64,000 nt of DNA from the NCBI GenBank assembly GCA_963924565.1, contig OZ004615.1, forward strand, positions 18,042,001 to 18,106,000, read 5' to 3'. Below are positions 11,101-24,900 of this stretch, one piece after another. Position 1 is the stretch's first letter. Each line of letters starts with the position of its first letter. A model generated the notes under the pieces. It was given only the letters and a program-made list of their open reading frames with translations, did not search any database and had not been told where the DNA came from. The stretch is from Ascidiella aspersa (Eukaryota). The position numbers and the translations under genes were made by a program.

Positions 11101-14100
11101 GACTTGACCTAAGTGCACTTAAGTGACTGTTTTTAAATGATTTGACTTGACTTAAGTTTTTTGACCAAAATTACTTGTATTTTTGCAAAAGACTTGACTT
11201 GGACTTAAGTTATTTTTCAAATGACTTGACTGAGACTTGAGTCATTTCAAAATCACTTGTTTATAAGGCTGGTAATGACGTCTTTGGTATCGGTTTTTAC
11301 GGAACAGCTTTCTGTCCAAAACATCGGCTATCGGTCTCGGTAATACAAGAAGTATATGCCTATAGTCCACTGCAACCCACCAGTCTTCCGGCTTCGTAGT
11401 TGTGGTGCGTCACCGCTGATTTGACGTCACTTCGCGCCGCCAGCCTCTCCTGGTCGAGGAACTGTCGGGTCTTCGAGCTGCCAAAGTTGACGTCATCGTT
11501 GCACCCGCCCCAGTTGAAACGCTTCATCGCCTCCATGAGCTTCTCACGCGTGACGGTGACCTTGTGGCGCTTGGCCTCCTGGAGAAGAAGACACGTGGTA
11601 ATTTGCGATCGGGAAAAATCAGAAGTCGGTGGGCGTAATGAGAATATCAAATACAGAAGTAGGTATCATTTTGAACGTTTTGAAAAACTCTTATTCATTA
11701 GAAGTCGAAGTCGTTGGCTTACTAAGGAAAGGATTTAAGAACCCCCCTAATATTGAGCTTATAGGCCTACGCTTTCGTATGTAAGGAGTCTCCCACAGAC
11801 GATACATTTTGTTAGAAGTATTTTTGTTTTCGAATCAGTAGACTGTTTAGCAAAATCAAGTATAAAGGCAAATAAATTTCATCCGTTAATATTTAAGGAG
11901 AGTTCATTTGAGACTTTACTGTTTGATAGACACAATTGTTGATGTTAAGGAATCTCTTATGAGCCTGATTCATAGCATGTGAATTGGTTTAGGGCTTATT
12001 ATTAGTTTGCTAATGAATTTCTATGGTATACTTAAACTTACACAAAATGTTTATACATGCACCTTTGTGTGCAGTAAAGTGAGGAATGTTCGTTTAAACT
12101 TGACTAAAAGATGAATTGTAAGTCATTTTAGTCTAAACTTTTACCACAACGCCAAAGCCCAATCTATGGGGACAATTGAGCTCGTGCATTCTTTCACCAC
12201 TCGATACTAACCATTTGCAGAAGCATTCTGCGCTGTATCATCGTCTTTTCGATACATCCACAGTCCAGGTGACCTGACGTACACGCATACGTCACTTCAT
12301 ACGTAATCGCTGCTGCAGTAAGAGCTTGAACGAAGGCACTTTCGCGTTGACCTAAAAAGTAAAACGCAAGAGGTTGAAAAACTAAGACCGAAGAATAAAT
12401 AAATGAGAAATCTGACTTTAAACTATAGAGACTAAATACTTAAAAGCAAATTCTAATGATATTTTTTGTAACGATTTTATTGTGTTCGGAATGCTTATCT
12501 TAACGCTAATTGCTTTAGTAATAGTGATTGACGTGCGGAGCTTCCCAAAACCTCACCTCTCACCCCTAAAAAATTAGACTTCAAGCTTTGAACCAGGGCT
12601 TTCTTAACTGTGAACGCGACCTTGCTTAGAAAACTGGCACATTACATAATGTATGCGGAAAAACAACAAATGCTTGCCGTTGTTGTTGTCATCGGTTCTC
12701 AAACTTTCGCATTCGGTCATTTTAACGCAAAATTTTGCGGAATGCGGCGACTATTTTGTAATCCAATTCTTCTTTGGCACAACACGTAGAGGTCACCACA
12801 GCCTGTCCAGTAGGCTGGTCAAGGTTAAAAGGCTAATCATTGTCGCTTTGTAGTTTGCGACGTAAATACGGCGAGAGAGAATCCGCCTGGCACTGCGCAG
12901 ACCCGGATTAATACCGGACAAGACGGCTAAGCCTGGATTGCCGGTGACAGCTAACTGACAGTCTTTAAACGATAGCAATGCTGCTAAGCAATTGTCCAAG
13001 CCATAATTTAATAGCCTCAGGAAAATAAATATTATTTCATTATTAGTGAAGTTTATAGGTGTGGTAAAGTAGCATTACCGTGTTTAAGTAACGATATTTT
13101 GCAAAAAAACAAGTTTATAGTTTGGCATTTAGAGTCTCCGTGTAAGAGATCTGATTTGTGATTTATTTCGGTTGACTTGTATACATACCATCGTTGGTTG
13201 TTTGATGTTATTTCGGGGTGCGTTTATAGTTTATCGAAATACCGCGCGTTTGTTGGACACGAAAAGTAAAATAAATATCACAACTCTCTAATGGACTCTA
13301 CAGATTGTATCTGTCTAATCCGAGGAGACGCAGTTTATAAACACTTTGGACGCCTTCAAACAAGTGTACGTGAATAGTTTAACCCTATAGCAACACTCGG
13401 GCGAGTCAGCAGAAAAACAGCTTTGGATGTATTTTCATTTTATAGAAATTCTTGCATACACATTTTTGTTACAAAACGTCGCCAAACAACTTTTCTACGA
13501 ACTCTGCACTTTTTGTTTGCTGGAAATTACGCAACAACTTATTTTATTGAAAACAGCATTTACTGGAAATTCTTGATTTCGCTTTTCAGTCCAAATTAGC
13601 GTTAAGACTCGATGGGAATTGTCGTGACTGGTGAGAAATTCCGCTCACCCGCTATCGTCCACATTGGCCTTTTTAAGGCGGACCATGAGTGGACGCAAAA
13701 GGCTTGAGGATTAATCTACTTGGAGCGATCCGAACTCGCGAACGTGTCCTGACAAATTATTGTAAATAAACAGCGGACTTTGTCGACTCATTAATCCGCC
13801 GAAATCGTAGAAAAATTTCGAAGGTTTTCTGAGCCTTGCGGTTCCCGATTCGACCCGCAAGAGGCTTTCAGGCGCACGTCTCGTCGCCAGTCGGAAATAG
13901 AGGATTTGTCTCCGGAAGTGAATGTTAAGACAATATGATAATCTACAATGCACCACACAAGATGTTGAGCTGTAATTTTTTTTCTTAAAAAGAGTTTATT
14001 TGACACGATGCAAACAATTTAGCAAACTATAGCTTTGAACTACATTATTTAGGAATCTTAGAATCGATCTTACGTAAGCCGTTTATCCAATCAAGTCAAA

Positions 14101-17100
14101 CCAACGGTTTCCCAGAAAGCGTAATGCTGCCGTCTGACATCTAAGGACTCGTTTTCTAATTCTCTAAGACGCTCGGATCCACACGCTCTTCCCAGTTTAG
14201 GACTCGTCGCAGACCGGGACCGGGTTGAGAAACGAGCCACAGTTGTATATTTACCGCCAGAGAAGCTTATCACGACTTTCCTCAAATAACTTGCGAAGTG
14301 CGGAGGATGAAAGGGCGCGAGAGCCCGGGATCCGACAAACGGTTTCCTCCAGCCCAGACGAGTCCAAGCCGTGACCAACATGCAAGGCGAGCATGCAAAG
14401 CAGCGGCCTATACATTCGTGAAGAGCGCGTATAGAGTTTTTTAGGGATATAAACCTTCTGTTGAGGTTTATCATTCTTTACAAATGCACAGGGCCAATGT
14501 AACGAATAGACAATACCGTTCGGCGATTGTACGTGTTATACCAATCGCAAAAGAGGCGCATATGGTAATTGAAATATTATTTTACATTAACATGATTATC
14601 GTAAATACACCACGACACCATAACCAGTGTAATTTATGGACGAAAATATAGAGATCGGAAGTATGGGTTTATACAATTTTATTGAAACATATATAAGATT
14701 CCAGCAAAAACCACAGCAGTCTAAAAAACTGCGTGTTGTGAATTCGACGTCGACTCTTTGTCCATAGATGACGCTATACACAACTTATCCATTCCCCCTA
14801 CTCACATGTTCCAACTCGGCATTCTGACACGCAGCATTAAAGGCTGGCTGAATGCAAACTTTGTAAATATGCCTGCGACCAAAACGTCCGACTGCTCGAG
14901 CCAAAAACCGACCGACGACAACAAATAGAAAGTCCGACTGGGCGGCGGAGATCCGAATCTACATAATCCCGAACACGGAGGTTCGCGGAACGAGTTTTCG
15001 TCCGCTGACGCTGCTGTTGTTTGAGATGTACAGGCGTGGGGAAGACCGCGCAGACATGTTAACAGTGTATCAAACGCCACATCCGCCAGATTGTGCCAAA
15101 ACGCTTCAATTTTTCTAAATCAACTCCCTGGCATTTCTTCTTATGATGAGCTGTTTACTTTCCTAGCCTATCAATCGCAACAAAAAACTCAACAAAAATT
15201 TGAAGAATAAACTGTCATTTGTCGCTCGTTCCACAGGCGAACTTCAAAATGCGTTGTCATTAACACAAAAATAATTTCCGCTAAATCCGATAGGTTTCGA
15301 TCTCCGGCACAAAAAAAGATTCAATTTGTGCTCAATTTATGCGTTTTTTTAAAAAACAGACCATCAGGGACGAATCTAGGTAAAAATAAACCGCCTCCAC
15401 CACATATCTGCGTAATATGGCAGACACACAATCAGCAGGAGTGAAACCATTGTTGATAAAGAGGGAATGAAGGCAAGGTGAAAATGAATCAACAACACAA
15501 AAAATCGAGCTGGTCAAGTCAGCTGAACCAGTAAATAGTCCTTTTATGTGGAGCCTGAACAAGTCATTTGCCCAAAGCCAGGATCTAGGACGGCGCGAAA
15601 TGGTCGTGTTTTGGAAACAAATTACCGCCGTGGCGAGTCTCGCGCGCCGGAGAGCCGAAGGCGCGTTTCATTTTTGCAACAATAAACACGTGCTCGACAA
15701 ATCAAAGAGCGCTGACGCGCGGACCAGGCGTGACGTCACATTGCGAAACGCCCGGAACGTTCCGGGGCCCGATTATGAGGACGCGGCCCCGGAGACGCTG
15801 CTTCGAGATTAAATCGCCTGGCCGTGGCTAAATGTGACTCACATATGAACTCGGCTATCAAAAAAACAAGACCAAGTTTCGAAAATCCCTTTCCCTTATT
15901 AGGACAAGCTCTTACCGGCTTGGGATTTTCCCTCAGCTATTGAAAATATAATTAGGCTCTTAATAGGGTGATTTGCATCTAAAACTAACAGGCTGTGGTC
16001 AGGGCACAGTCTCGTTCTCACTATTTGCGGTAAACCTCGCTCATACAAAATAAAATTAGGGAAAAACAAATTTTCAATAACAACGTAGGTCGTCTAAAAT
16101 GTGCGTCAAAATGTAGGCCCCACATTGTCCACAATCACGAAAGCTTGCAGAAAGCAGGGTATAACTGCGCGGTAGATCAAGTCGAGATACTGCGCAGAAT
16201 AATAAATAATCGAGACCGCCGTGACCCTAAAAGCGAAGGAGCAGGGTCGAGTGGACCAGCAGCTGTTGGACTCTTAAAGCCAGAACGCTCGATCTAATAT
16301 CGAAGCTAAATATTACGGTCGCGGTAGGTCGTCGGTCTGTCCTTTCGCCGAAAAAAATCAGCACAATTTGCTGCCTTTGGCTTCGTATCGATAGAAGACA
16401 TAACGGTATATAGCAAAGTATAGTAAGTGAGTGTGGCAAATAGGCTAACTAAACTGAAAAAATGCTTATAAATGTTTTGTCAAGCCGGAATAAAACCTTT
16501 TTTTCAGATAGGTTTGTTTGGATGAAAAGCTGGCTGAAATGAAGACCAGATAAATTAGCCACAGTAAAATAAGAAACCCACCCTGCGCCATCATCTTCTC
16601 GTAGTAGACTTTGGGATGTTGCGAGCAATTCCAGCGATCACCTTTGAACTCCTTGGAGCAGCTGTTGATCGCTCGTTCGATGCCTTGCTGAATCTGCAAG
16701 AAATCGACATGTATATAAATTCGAATCATGGCTTTTAAACAGCACGAATAGAGTGGATGAAAAATGTATGATCCGCCTGCACCATTTAGCAAAAAAATCA
16801 CTACAGCCATATAACATTTTTTCAGTAAATGTACTGCGTACGATTCAGGCCTTAAAAGCGGTTAATGATAACTCGAGTCCGACTACCGAGGTCGACCCTG
16901 GCCAAACAAATAAACCTCAACGGCCAAATGTGCGATTTTGTCGTCTGGCTCTCCAGCCTGCATTTTACCATTTACATAACTATAAGTTAAGGTGGATACA
17001 AAGCAATCCACTCATAGGGGTGTAATATAATTCATCCACCCACAATACATGGTTGAAAAATATTCAACCATATATTATATTCTACCTTTACAATTTACAG

Positions 17101-20100
17101 ATTGCGGCACTATCAGTTTGAATACTTTATACTGCACATGCGCAAGTCGGACTCGGGACTCGGGTAGTCTTACGTGGTCTTACTCGATTCCTGAGTCCCG
17201 AGTCCGACTCTATAAAAACAAACCGACTCCGTCGAGTCCCGAGTCCCTAATCCGACTCCGACTCCGCACCCCTGCTTAAGCGATCAAATAAACCATCTTA
17301 CTTTTGTGATTGTCTTCTGTTCCCTGCGACACAATGATGCAGGGGCGCCCCCTATTCTTCTTGCCCATAGACAGACTCGATTGACGCTGACCAGGGAGGT
17401 ATTCGAATTAGGAGACCTGAACAGAACATATGCATAATTAGTTTGTGTCAGTCCACCGGGTATGGGTAACAAATGTACGAAAAAAAATCCTCATGGGTTC
17501 CATGACATATTTGGAAATCTTTAAAAATCTGATTTTTGCTTCTTTTTTTGTAGGATTAGAGTGAAATTTTTGTGTAGGATTAGAGTTGATGTGTGTTATT
17601 AATTTCCAGTTCCGTTTATTTTTACATTCTAGTGAATTGCCTACGGAAAAACCTTATAGGGTTGCCGCAATTTATATATTATTTTTGAGGGGTTTTGATA
17701 GCCATAAAAAGAAAAACACTGCTTTAGTGTAAGAAATTCATGCTCGGATATACATCTATTTTTAAAACTATGACGAGCAGACAGATTGTCAAATCGCCTC
17801 GCCGCCCGATGTAAGCCTGACAGCTCATTAGACCGCTACTGTCACCTACCGGCCTTTATACGGAAACCGAAGTTTATTCGCTTGAAGCGAAACGTCTATT
17901 TTATGACAGTTGCATCAAGTCAAACGTACCGGATCGTATACCTCGTGCAATGACCGCCTTGCATCGATTGAGAAAGCAAAGGAATGTATTAATCGCAAGA
18001 ACAGACACCTGCTATTTGGGCAGATTGCTTAGTGTCACTCCAGGACGCAAATTTTGGGCGATGCAAGAGCATTAATTCGCATATTCCGGCGTGTGTTTAC
18101 AACAGGTGACAGTGAGATAGACGCAGTAGCTTTGACTTCAAACACATTTCGTGTGTTGGCAAATTTCGATTCGCTGAAGTAGGAGATTGCCACCGAAAAT
18201 CTTATATGATTCGCATCTCTAATGGTAATTCAACAGACCGGGATGTAATAAAGTCTGAAGCGTTAATGCGTTGACAAAGGTGGATTAATATGGATAAGCT
18301 AGTCAAGCAGCTTTTTCTTCCACATTGTTTCAGGCGATTCTCAACCAATATTAATTGAGATATGTAAACAGATTGCGTTGGAATGCAAAACATTTTAAGC
18401 AAACGACTGAGGGAAAATTAATAGTTAACGAGTTTACAAAACAATTCATGCCATACGTTTATAACGATTTAACATCACCTATATAATTTAGTATGTAGTG
18501 CTTGAGTTATTTTAGCTTGAAGCAGTTTTATACCCCGGGGTGCTTATATTCGTAACATGCGTTGCATTCTTAGTCAAAGACGCATGCCGGCGCTTTAATT
18601 ATTTTATGTGCAACAGCATTTCCTGTTTTCTGCTCACAGGCCTGGCGCAAAAGGTTAAGGTAGGCTGAACAGTCGACAAATCTGCACTATCAATTGTACT
18701 CCTACTGATATGAACATATCACAATAGTAAATGTAACCTTACGGGACAACGTTTTAGAGAAGAGAAGACAAAACGGATTTAAGATGGTCTAAAAATAAAT
18801 TTTGTTGGCACAAATACAAACATATTTAAAAATTATGTTATAATAATACACTAGTAGACTTATTTCCTGTAGGCATGTTTAAGATATATACCAGTCGTGA
18901 AATACTATATAACAGCAGGGGGACATCCTAAGTAAACCCATACATAACAATTAGGACGCGACGTGGGGCATTAAAAAGGTCCCGGCGTAATGTACGACAA
19001 TACTTCGGTCATGACTGAAAACGTTGTAATGCACCAGTGGCATTCGGTTTTGCCTCGGCCTTAGTAAATTACGAAATGTAGGTCATGTTGCAACCGGCGT
19101 CTCGCATACATGATTCACAACCTGGATTAATTCAATGACGTACAAAAGAGTTGGAGAACTTTCCATGCATCAATATTTAATGATTAGACACTTCCTTTTA
19201 CATCATCAGGCAACAATGTACCGCTTATTTCGCTACTAGATATATAAAAAATATATGGGCAAGCGTCTGCCGAAACTGCGAAAGTCGTTTGGCATTTGCA
19301 AAGCTAAACTAAAGAAATATAAATTACCCATAATTATATTTCCTAATTGGGAGCTACGTTTTACCCTTTTTAAACAAATTATCATATGGTCAAAAAATTT
19401 AGCATTTGAATTATATAAAGAATTATATTAACCGTTTTAATAAGGTTTTGTTTTTGGAGTCCGACTGTGTTATTTTAGCTCAACCTGCTGCGAGCGCATG
19501 AAAATCAACTCAATCTGACGATATCGACATTTACATTATCACAGCAAAGCGGCATATGGTCATGTTTAAGGCCTTTATTCTATAAGCTACATGCGTATCT
19601 GCGGCTCTACAGTCTACTTCGGATTATAGTGTTAGACAGTAACACGTGTTGCGATTGAAAGATTCCGACATTGAGCTTTGCAGATTACTATCAACTGAAG
19701 CTTTGCAGAGTGTGATTTACAAGTGTTAATCCCACAATAGGGAAATTAAATTGCTCCGTGAAAAAACGCGTGAAATGTGCACGTTGTATATGGCATCCAC
19801 AAAGAGAAAAGACACATACTGCAGCCACCATTTTGGTGGTGTTAAATGATTAGCGGATTTTGGAAATGACCGTTTTTGGGTTTGTTTACAGGTGACCAAA
19901 GATGGACGTCAAAACAAGATATGAAATGGATGAGGGATCGGCAAAAACGCGGGTGGCAAGTTGTAGATTACCGCTTACTGGACCACAGCTGCGATTCACA
20001 TTTTAACCCCAAACCAACTGACGGTTTACTTTATATCCGGGCAGTATTGGATGCTTGTATAGACTTAGTTTTTCATCGACTGTCCTGCTAGCACGATCAA

Positions 20101-21819
20101 TCATATCTTAGCGCTTGCTGTTGCAAGTCACAGTCCGCAGAGGCGGCGCAGGTGTTACCGTCTTTCTTACCTAATGTTTAAGTCGAATACGACAACCGTG
20201 TCTAGCAGTGATGGACGACCAGCCAGAAAACGACACACGTTGGGAGCCTTATATTTAGCTGCGTGTCGTGATAATTTATTGCCACTTTGATGATCTTTAC
20301 GGCGTGGCGGGATTTCGGCCTTTATTCGATGTCGGCGCTGATAAAGCCCATAAAGGTGATTCTCGAATAGTTGCACCGAGCTTGTGGATAATGCCTGCTT
20401 GGTTTTATTTTCCACACATCTGCTTATAGGTTATCAAATATCGATACGTGATTTTTTGTAAATTAATTATATTCCAAAGAAGTGAAATTCCCTGACACAA
20501 TTCTCTCGTGTCGCATCATTATATCATGCCGGGTTTTTCTTGCTGCTTGGGGGTATTTTATGACACAGAATAATTACACGCCTTGCGCTCGTGGATTCGT
20601 TTTTGACGATGCCTAAAATGCTTTTTAACCCGGTATTTCGGGTTGCATCGAACGACATGTGCCAAAGTTCTCTTCTATATTAATACCTAGGGTTAATCTT
20701 AAATTTTGTAACTGAATCACTAATTACAACTAGGCTTAGAGTGATGCAATGTTAAAGATACAGGCATTTTCTATAATCCATATCGAAAACGATCTTCACA
20801 AATAAGATAATGTTTATAGCGCTGAAGCTATAATTCCAGACGTTTTTTATGGTAAATAAATTACCTTGGTGGCTTAAAATTGGTTTAGCGATTATTTATT
20901 CCAGTAAGTCTATAAAACTGAAGGCCAAATTCCGAACAGAGCGTAGTTTCCTCGCAGCTATAAACTGCGCCAGATCGGGATTTGAACATAACCCGACATG
21001 AAACGTCGAAAAGCAGAAATCCGACGAGCCCGAATCGCGAAAACATTTCCACCCCAGGCTGGTTCTGACTAACGCACAAGACGTATACGCCGGCATGTCG
21101 TTGTTATTTACAGGTGCATAAAACATGAAGGAAGGCGGCTGGCGAGTAAGCAAACCGCGTGGCGGTGCTTCAAAGAGAAACTATTTATAACAATTCTGAA
21201 GAGTCGAAACACAGCACACCAGGCCCCCTTTTATCTCGCGGTTCCAAGAGGTTCCTATGATCATATTTTTTAGGATTTTTTTTTCGGAAAACACAATTGT
21301 TTGTGCTTAACTGCACGGAAATTCCTAGGTTAAAAAAATACATGCTTATACTAAATTGCAGTTTATCAACTCAGCAACACACATATAGTTATTTCAATAG
21401 GTTTATTTTAAAATAAGAAACCTCATGACTTACCACCACGATGCTAACGTTCCCGAAGCCAGCAAAAGTAGCAGGAGAAACCTTATCGTCAATATACTGG
21501 TAATTGAAGGAACGTTTCGAGTCCTTGACCACGTTCCATAAGTTCTATTGCCGGTTAAGCCTGATGGCCGACATGAGTTTCGGCAGCTTTCAAATGGGTT
21601 GTCCTCTTCGGAGGTGCCAGACGCATTTTGGGGAGTGCTTTGAGGTTGCTCTTCCTGAAGACGACTTTCAGCTTGTTCAGAAATAGTTTTAAAGCAATCG
21701 GAGCAGTTTTCGTTCGAAGCCGATGTAGTAGCGGCTCGTCGTTGTGACCAAGTTGTTGATCGGATCACGGCTTGTCGTTTGCGGCAGTAGGTGGTAGGAA
21801 TTCCCGCCGACAGATCCAT
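8149..21819 (-). CDS. WNT6: Wnt ligand, Wnt6-like, ~520 aa, 7 exons
   Basis: Exons (-) 21819-21434, 17416-17302, 16693-16582, 12351-12212, 11578-11381, 8880-8759, 8638-8149. All GT-AG and phase-consistent (1563 nt). Wnt motifs RWNCS, RESAFV, WGGCNDD, HNYEAGR, CRCHGFSASCTMRTCW and CCGRG. Wnt6-like stretches CLWARRIGGAPASLC, GGCNDDVNFGSSKTRQFLD and CCGRGHRRE. Family assignment is secure; subfamily is by eye and needs a tree. Confidence 0.88.
8679..8746. repeat. 36-bp tandem duplication carrying TGACGTCA, in the last Wnt intron
   Basis: tgacgtcacaagacgggaaaacaacatttacaaatg followed by tgacgtcacaaggcaggaaaacaacatttaca. Confidence 0.85.
11076..11262. repeat. GACTT-rich MITE-like repeat (CAGTGTTG terminus)
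   Basis: Begins CAGTGTTGTAA and contains many gactt/aagtc pentamers. Related copies at ~25090-25218 and ~48165-48411 end in GCAACACTG. Confidence 0.6.
17140..17274. repeat. CCGACT/GGAGTC-repeat MITE-like element
   Basis: Internally palindromic gtcggactcggg...cccgagtccgac, ending ccgactccgactccgcacccctg. Related copies at ~37573-37660 and ~57667-57712. Confidence 0.6.
17448..17721. mobile_element. Degenerate copy of the 7725-8018 MITE family
   Basis: Shares the blocks gacatatttgg, ttagagtg, tagagttgatgtgtgtt, acggaaaa and gccataaaa...aaacactg. Confidence 0.65.
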
Positions 21820-21955
21820 ATTTTGCCGGTCTTCCGACAGAATTCTGTGAAAATATCCCTGTCGACTGAGCTATCGTTTGTCCCGTCTCTCCGCTAAGTA
21901 AAGGTCGGTGATTCAGACGCAGTTTTAATGGTTCCACGTCTATCTAATGCCGTCA

Positions 21956-21966
21956 GCTATATATAC
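21956..21966 (-). promoter_or_regulatory. Candidate TATA box of the Wnt gene
   Basis: GTATATATAGC on the - strand ~140 nt upstream of the first ATG (21819). No other ATG lies between the expected TSS and 21819. Confidence 0.45.
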
Positions 21967-24900
21967 ACAAATTGAGAGGTTCTGCAAAGAAAAAAACGTT
22001 TTGTAGTGGGCGTATATGTTGACACAAAAATGTCTCGGAATAACGAACACCTTTTGAGGATGAAACCAAAACTTAATACCCTTTTTACTGATATTTAAAA
22101 TACATTTTTTAAATAATTTAAATATGACATCACAATTTGAATAATAAATTTATTTAATCGGCATCTTAACTTTCTCGTTAACTGCAATACTTTTGAATGA
22201 AAATCATAAACTAAAGATTTCCACGGGTGTGGTTAAAATGACACAACTGACTTTTTAACATTTTCTCACAACCGTAACACAGCCTCGATCCACCGAGACA
22301 GCAAATTTCATTGTCGGCAAAAATGCCACATTACCTGCCTTATATTAGCCGGAGGAAAACTACGATAAAATCGTCTGGCCACTTGCCCTAAACCTGACGT
22401 TGACCACACATTTAAAATGCCTTTTAAATCGATGCGCCGAACAGTTGTGCTATTATTTTTCAACCGGAAAACTTTACTGAAATTTGATCGCGTTTTTTTA
22501 CCGTTGCGTTCTGTCGGACTCAGTGGAGAAGTGATCGCAAAATCGAAACTTCTCCGAATTCTTAAATTTATTTTATTTTTTTGGGCACTCGAGTGGCGCG
22601 GAAAAGCTAGTTGTTCGCACCTAAGACGGTACGGGCCGTGATTACAAGGCAATTACGATCTGGCAATTTTCGCAGCTCGGCAAGCCCTCGCGTGGCTGGA
22701 AGGCCCCACTTCTGCTGTGCAAAGCCGGCCCCTGTCGCTTTCCTTGCCAGTTTAGTGGGTTGGGGTGCGAACTTTGGCGGCTCTTCGAAAGTTGTCGGGT
22801 TGTAAAATCTGGATCCTGTGGCTTGATGTTATTTTGCAGGGAAGATGTGTAGGCGAAAGTGCGACAACCGCAGCGATTTTTCGCTTCGAGGATTTGTAAC
22901 AAGCCTTGTACTCTATCGCAATCGCTGGAGACTGCAGTTTCCCAAATAAATATAAAAGTTGTATAAAATTGGCTCCGATGTGTAACGAAAAACTTGGTAC
23001 AAAATATGTTGTTGTTTTTTGCCGTTGCTATTTTGCGCGAAAAGCAATTCTTTTCTTTGTTTTTTACGAAACGTGCACTTCGCTTCTGTTTGGGGAATGC
23101 CACTTACGCAGTCGTAATGCCCATTGCGTCGTCACGATTACATCATGCCTGGCGACGCTAATTCCCGTCGGTCGTATCGCCGGCTCAAAACGCAATACAT
23201 TCGGTCGCGAATTAGACGCAACAATCCGCGTAAAACCGTCGACGTAAATGTCGCTATACCACGCCTCGTCTATAGTTTGGCGACATTCTGCGTGACGACT
23301 GTCGCAGATTTGTGACCATTCGGGGCGTTTTGTAATCCATGACGTAAGCCTGCTTGTCATACCAGAGACTGGAATACGAGAAACCGCGATATGTGGGATG
23401 ATTTGTACTCGAGACGCAATAAACCGAACACACCCGTGTGTGTATATGACACAGTAAAACTGATTTTACAGACGGCAAAACCAATGGGGAAATATTTAAG
23501 GGTTTGAACCATTTTTCCTATGTGTGTAATATAGAAATAAAATGTGACTCGGCTACGGTTATCTTTTCTCTTGTTTGGGAACAGACGTTGTCTTGATACG
23601 CAACCAGCGTCATATAAATATATTACAAATGAATTCTAAACTTTGAAACGATAAAGCTAACAGATGCCTGCCTTCGATTTGCTTGTTGAAAACTAAAAAA
23701 AATTGGAAATTTTATCAAAACGTATAACAAAAATAGACGGGTTTGAGAATAATACCAAAAAGGTATATAGGGGGTCGTTTTTGATACCCGGAACACTAAA
23801 ACGGTTGCGCGTTATTTAATCTATTTTAGTATGGTAATTAATCGTATTGCCCACGTCACCTTATGCCGTATTTAAATTTTAAACCCTAAAAGTTTTTAGA
23901 ATAAGAGGCGGGCCAGTTTTCTTATCTATTTATTTTCCTACCAACATTAGAAACGAGCGTTTTACCCTACTTTTCACTTTATCTTAACGCGCCTCTGACC
24001 TTTGCAGTGTTAGATAGAAAATTATGCGTATTAAAGTTTGTTGCTGAAGCAACAAACCAAAGATAAGATTTCCAAATCTGTGCCGAAACGCCTGATCGAC
24101 TGATCGATTTGCGTTTTTATAGATTAGCGCAAAACCGTTCGAAAGATCCCATGCTTGCTTTATATTTAAACACCTAAAGCGCAACAAGTTAACCAAAAAA
24201 TATTTTATATACAAAACTACTGCAGTGATGCACTTTTGCTTTAATTTTTACTGCCACAAGAGTAAAAGTTCACCCTGCATATAACATTGCGTGGCCTTAC
24301 GGGTGTGTTTACCATGTGCGTTTTTGCAAGGGCGTGACTGTCTGTTGGCGAGACATGCCAAGTGCTTTTGTAAATAAAACCAACAAGAAACAAGAACGCG
24401 AGCTTAAAAAAATCGAAAATAACCTGTTGAGAAACCTTTTTTTACCAAGACAAATGTTTTTTTCTGCATAGCTTATCAAATAACATAATTTTTTTTTAAA
24501 TAGATACAAGTTGAAATTGATTTAACATTGGCCTACAAATCGGCTGCCGCACCTAGTTTTGGGTATTTCCAACGTTTGCGAATAAGACCCTGGAAAAAGG
24601 CAGCGGAACACCAAAAAAGGAAACAGAAAACATATCTACAGGCTAAATGTGCGGCAGGTAATTGCTTTCAATGCGAGAGACCTATAGTGGACGAAAAAAC
24701 GGAAACCGTCGATTATCTTTGCGTGATCAATTTCATTTGGCACGAGCGAAATTGTTCTGTTCGAGCCTTTCAATGCCCCACCCTGGTATCTCCCCGCGTG
24801 TGGCGAAGTGCAACTTGCAGTCAATTGATGCCGTGATAAAAAGCTTATCAGCTGTTGCGTGTGACTGATATGCAACACCACTTTTTATCCTCGAGGAGTT

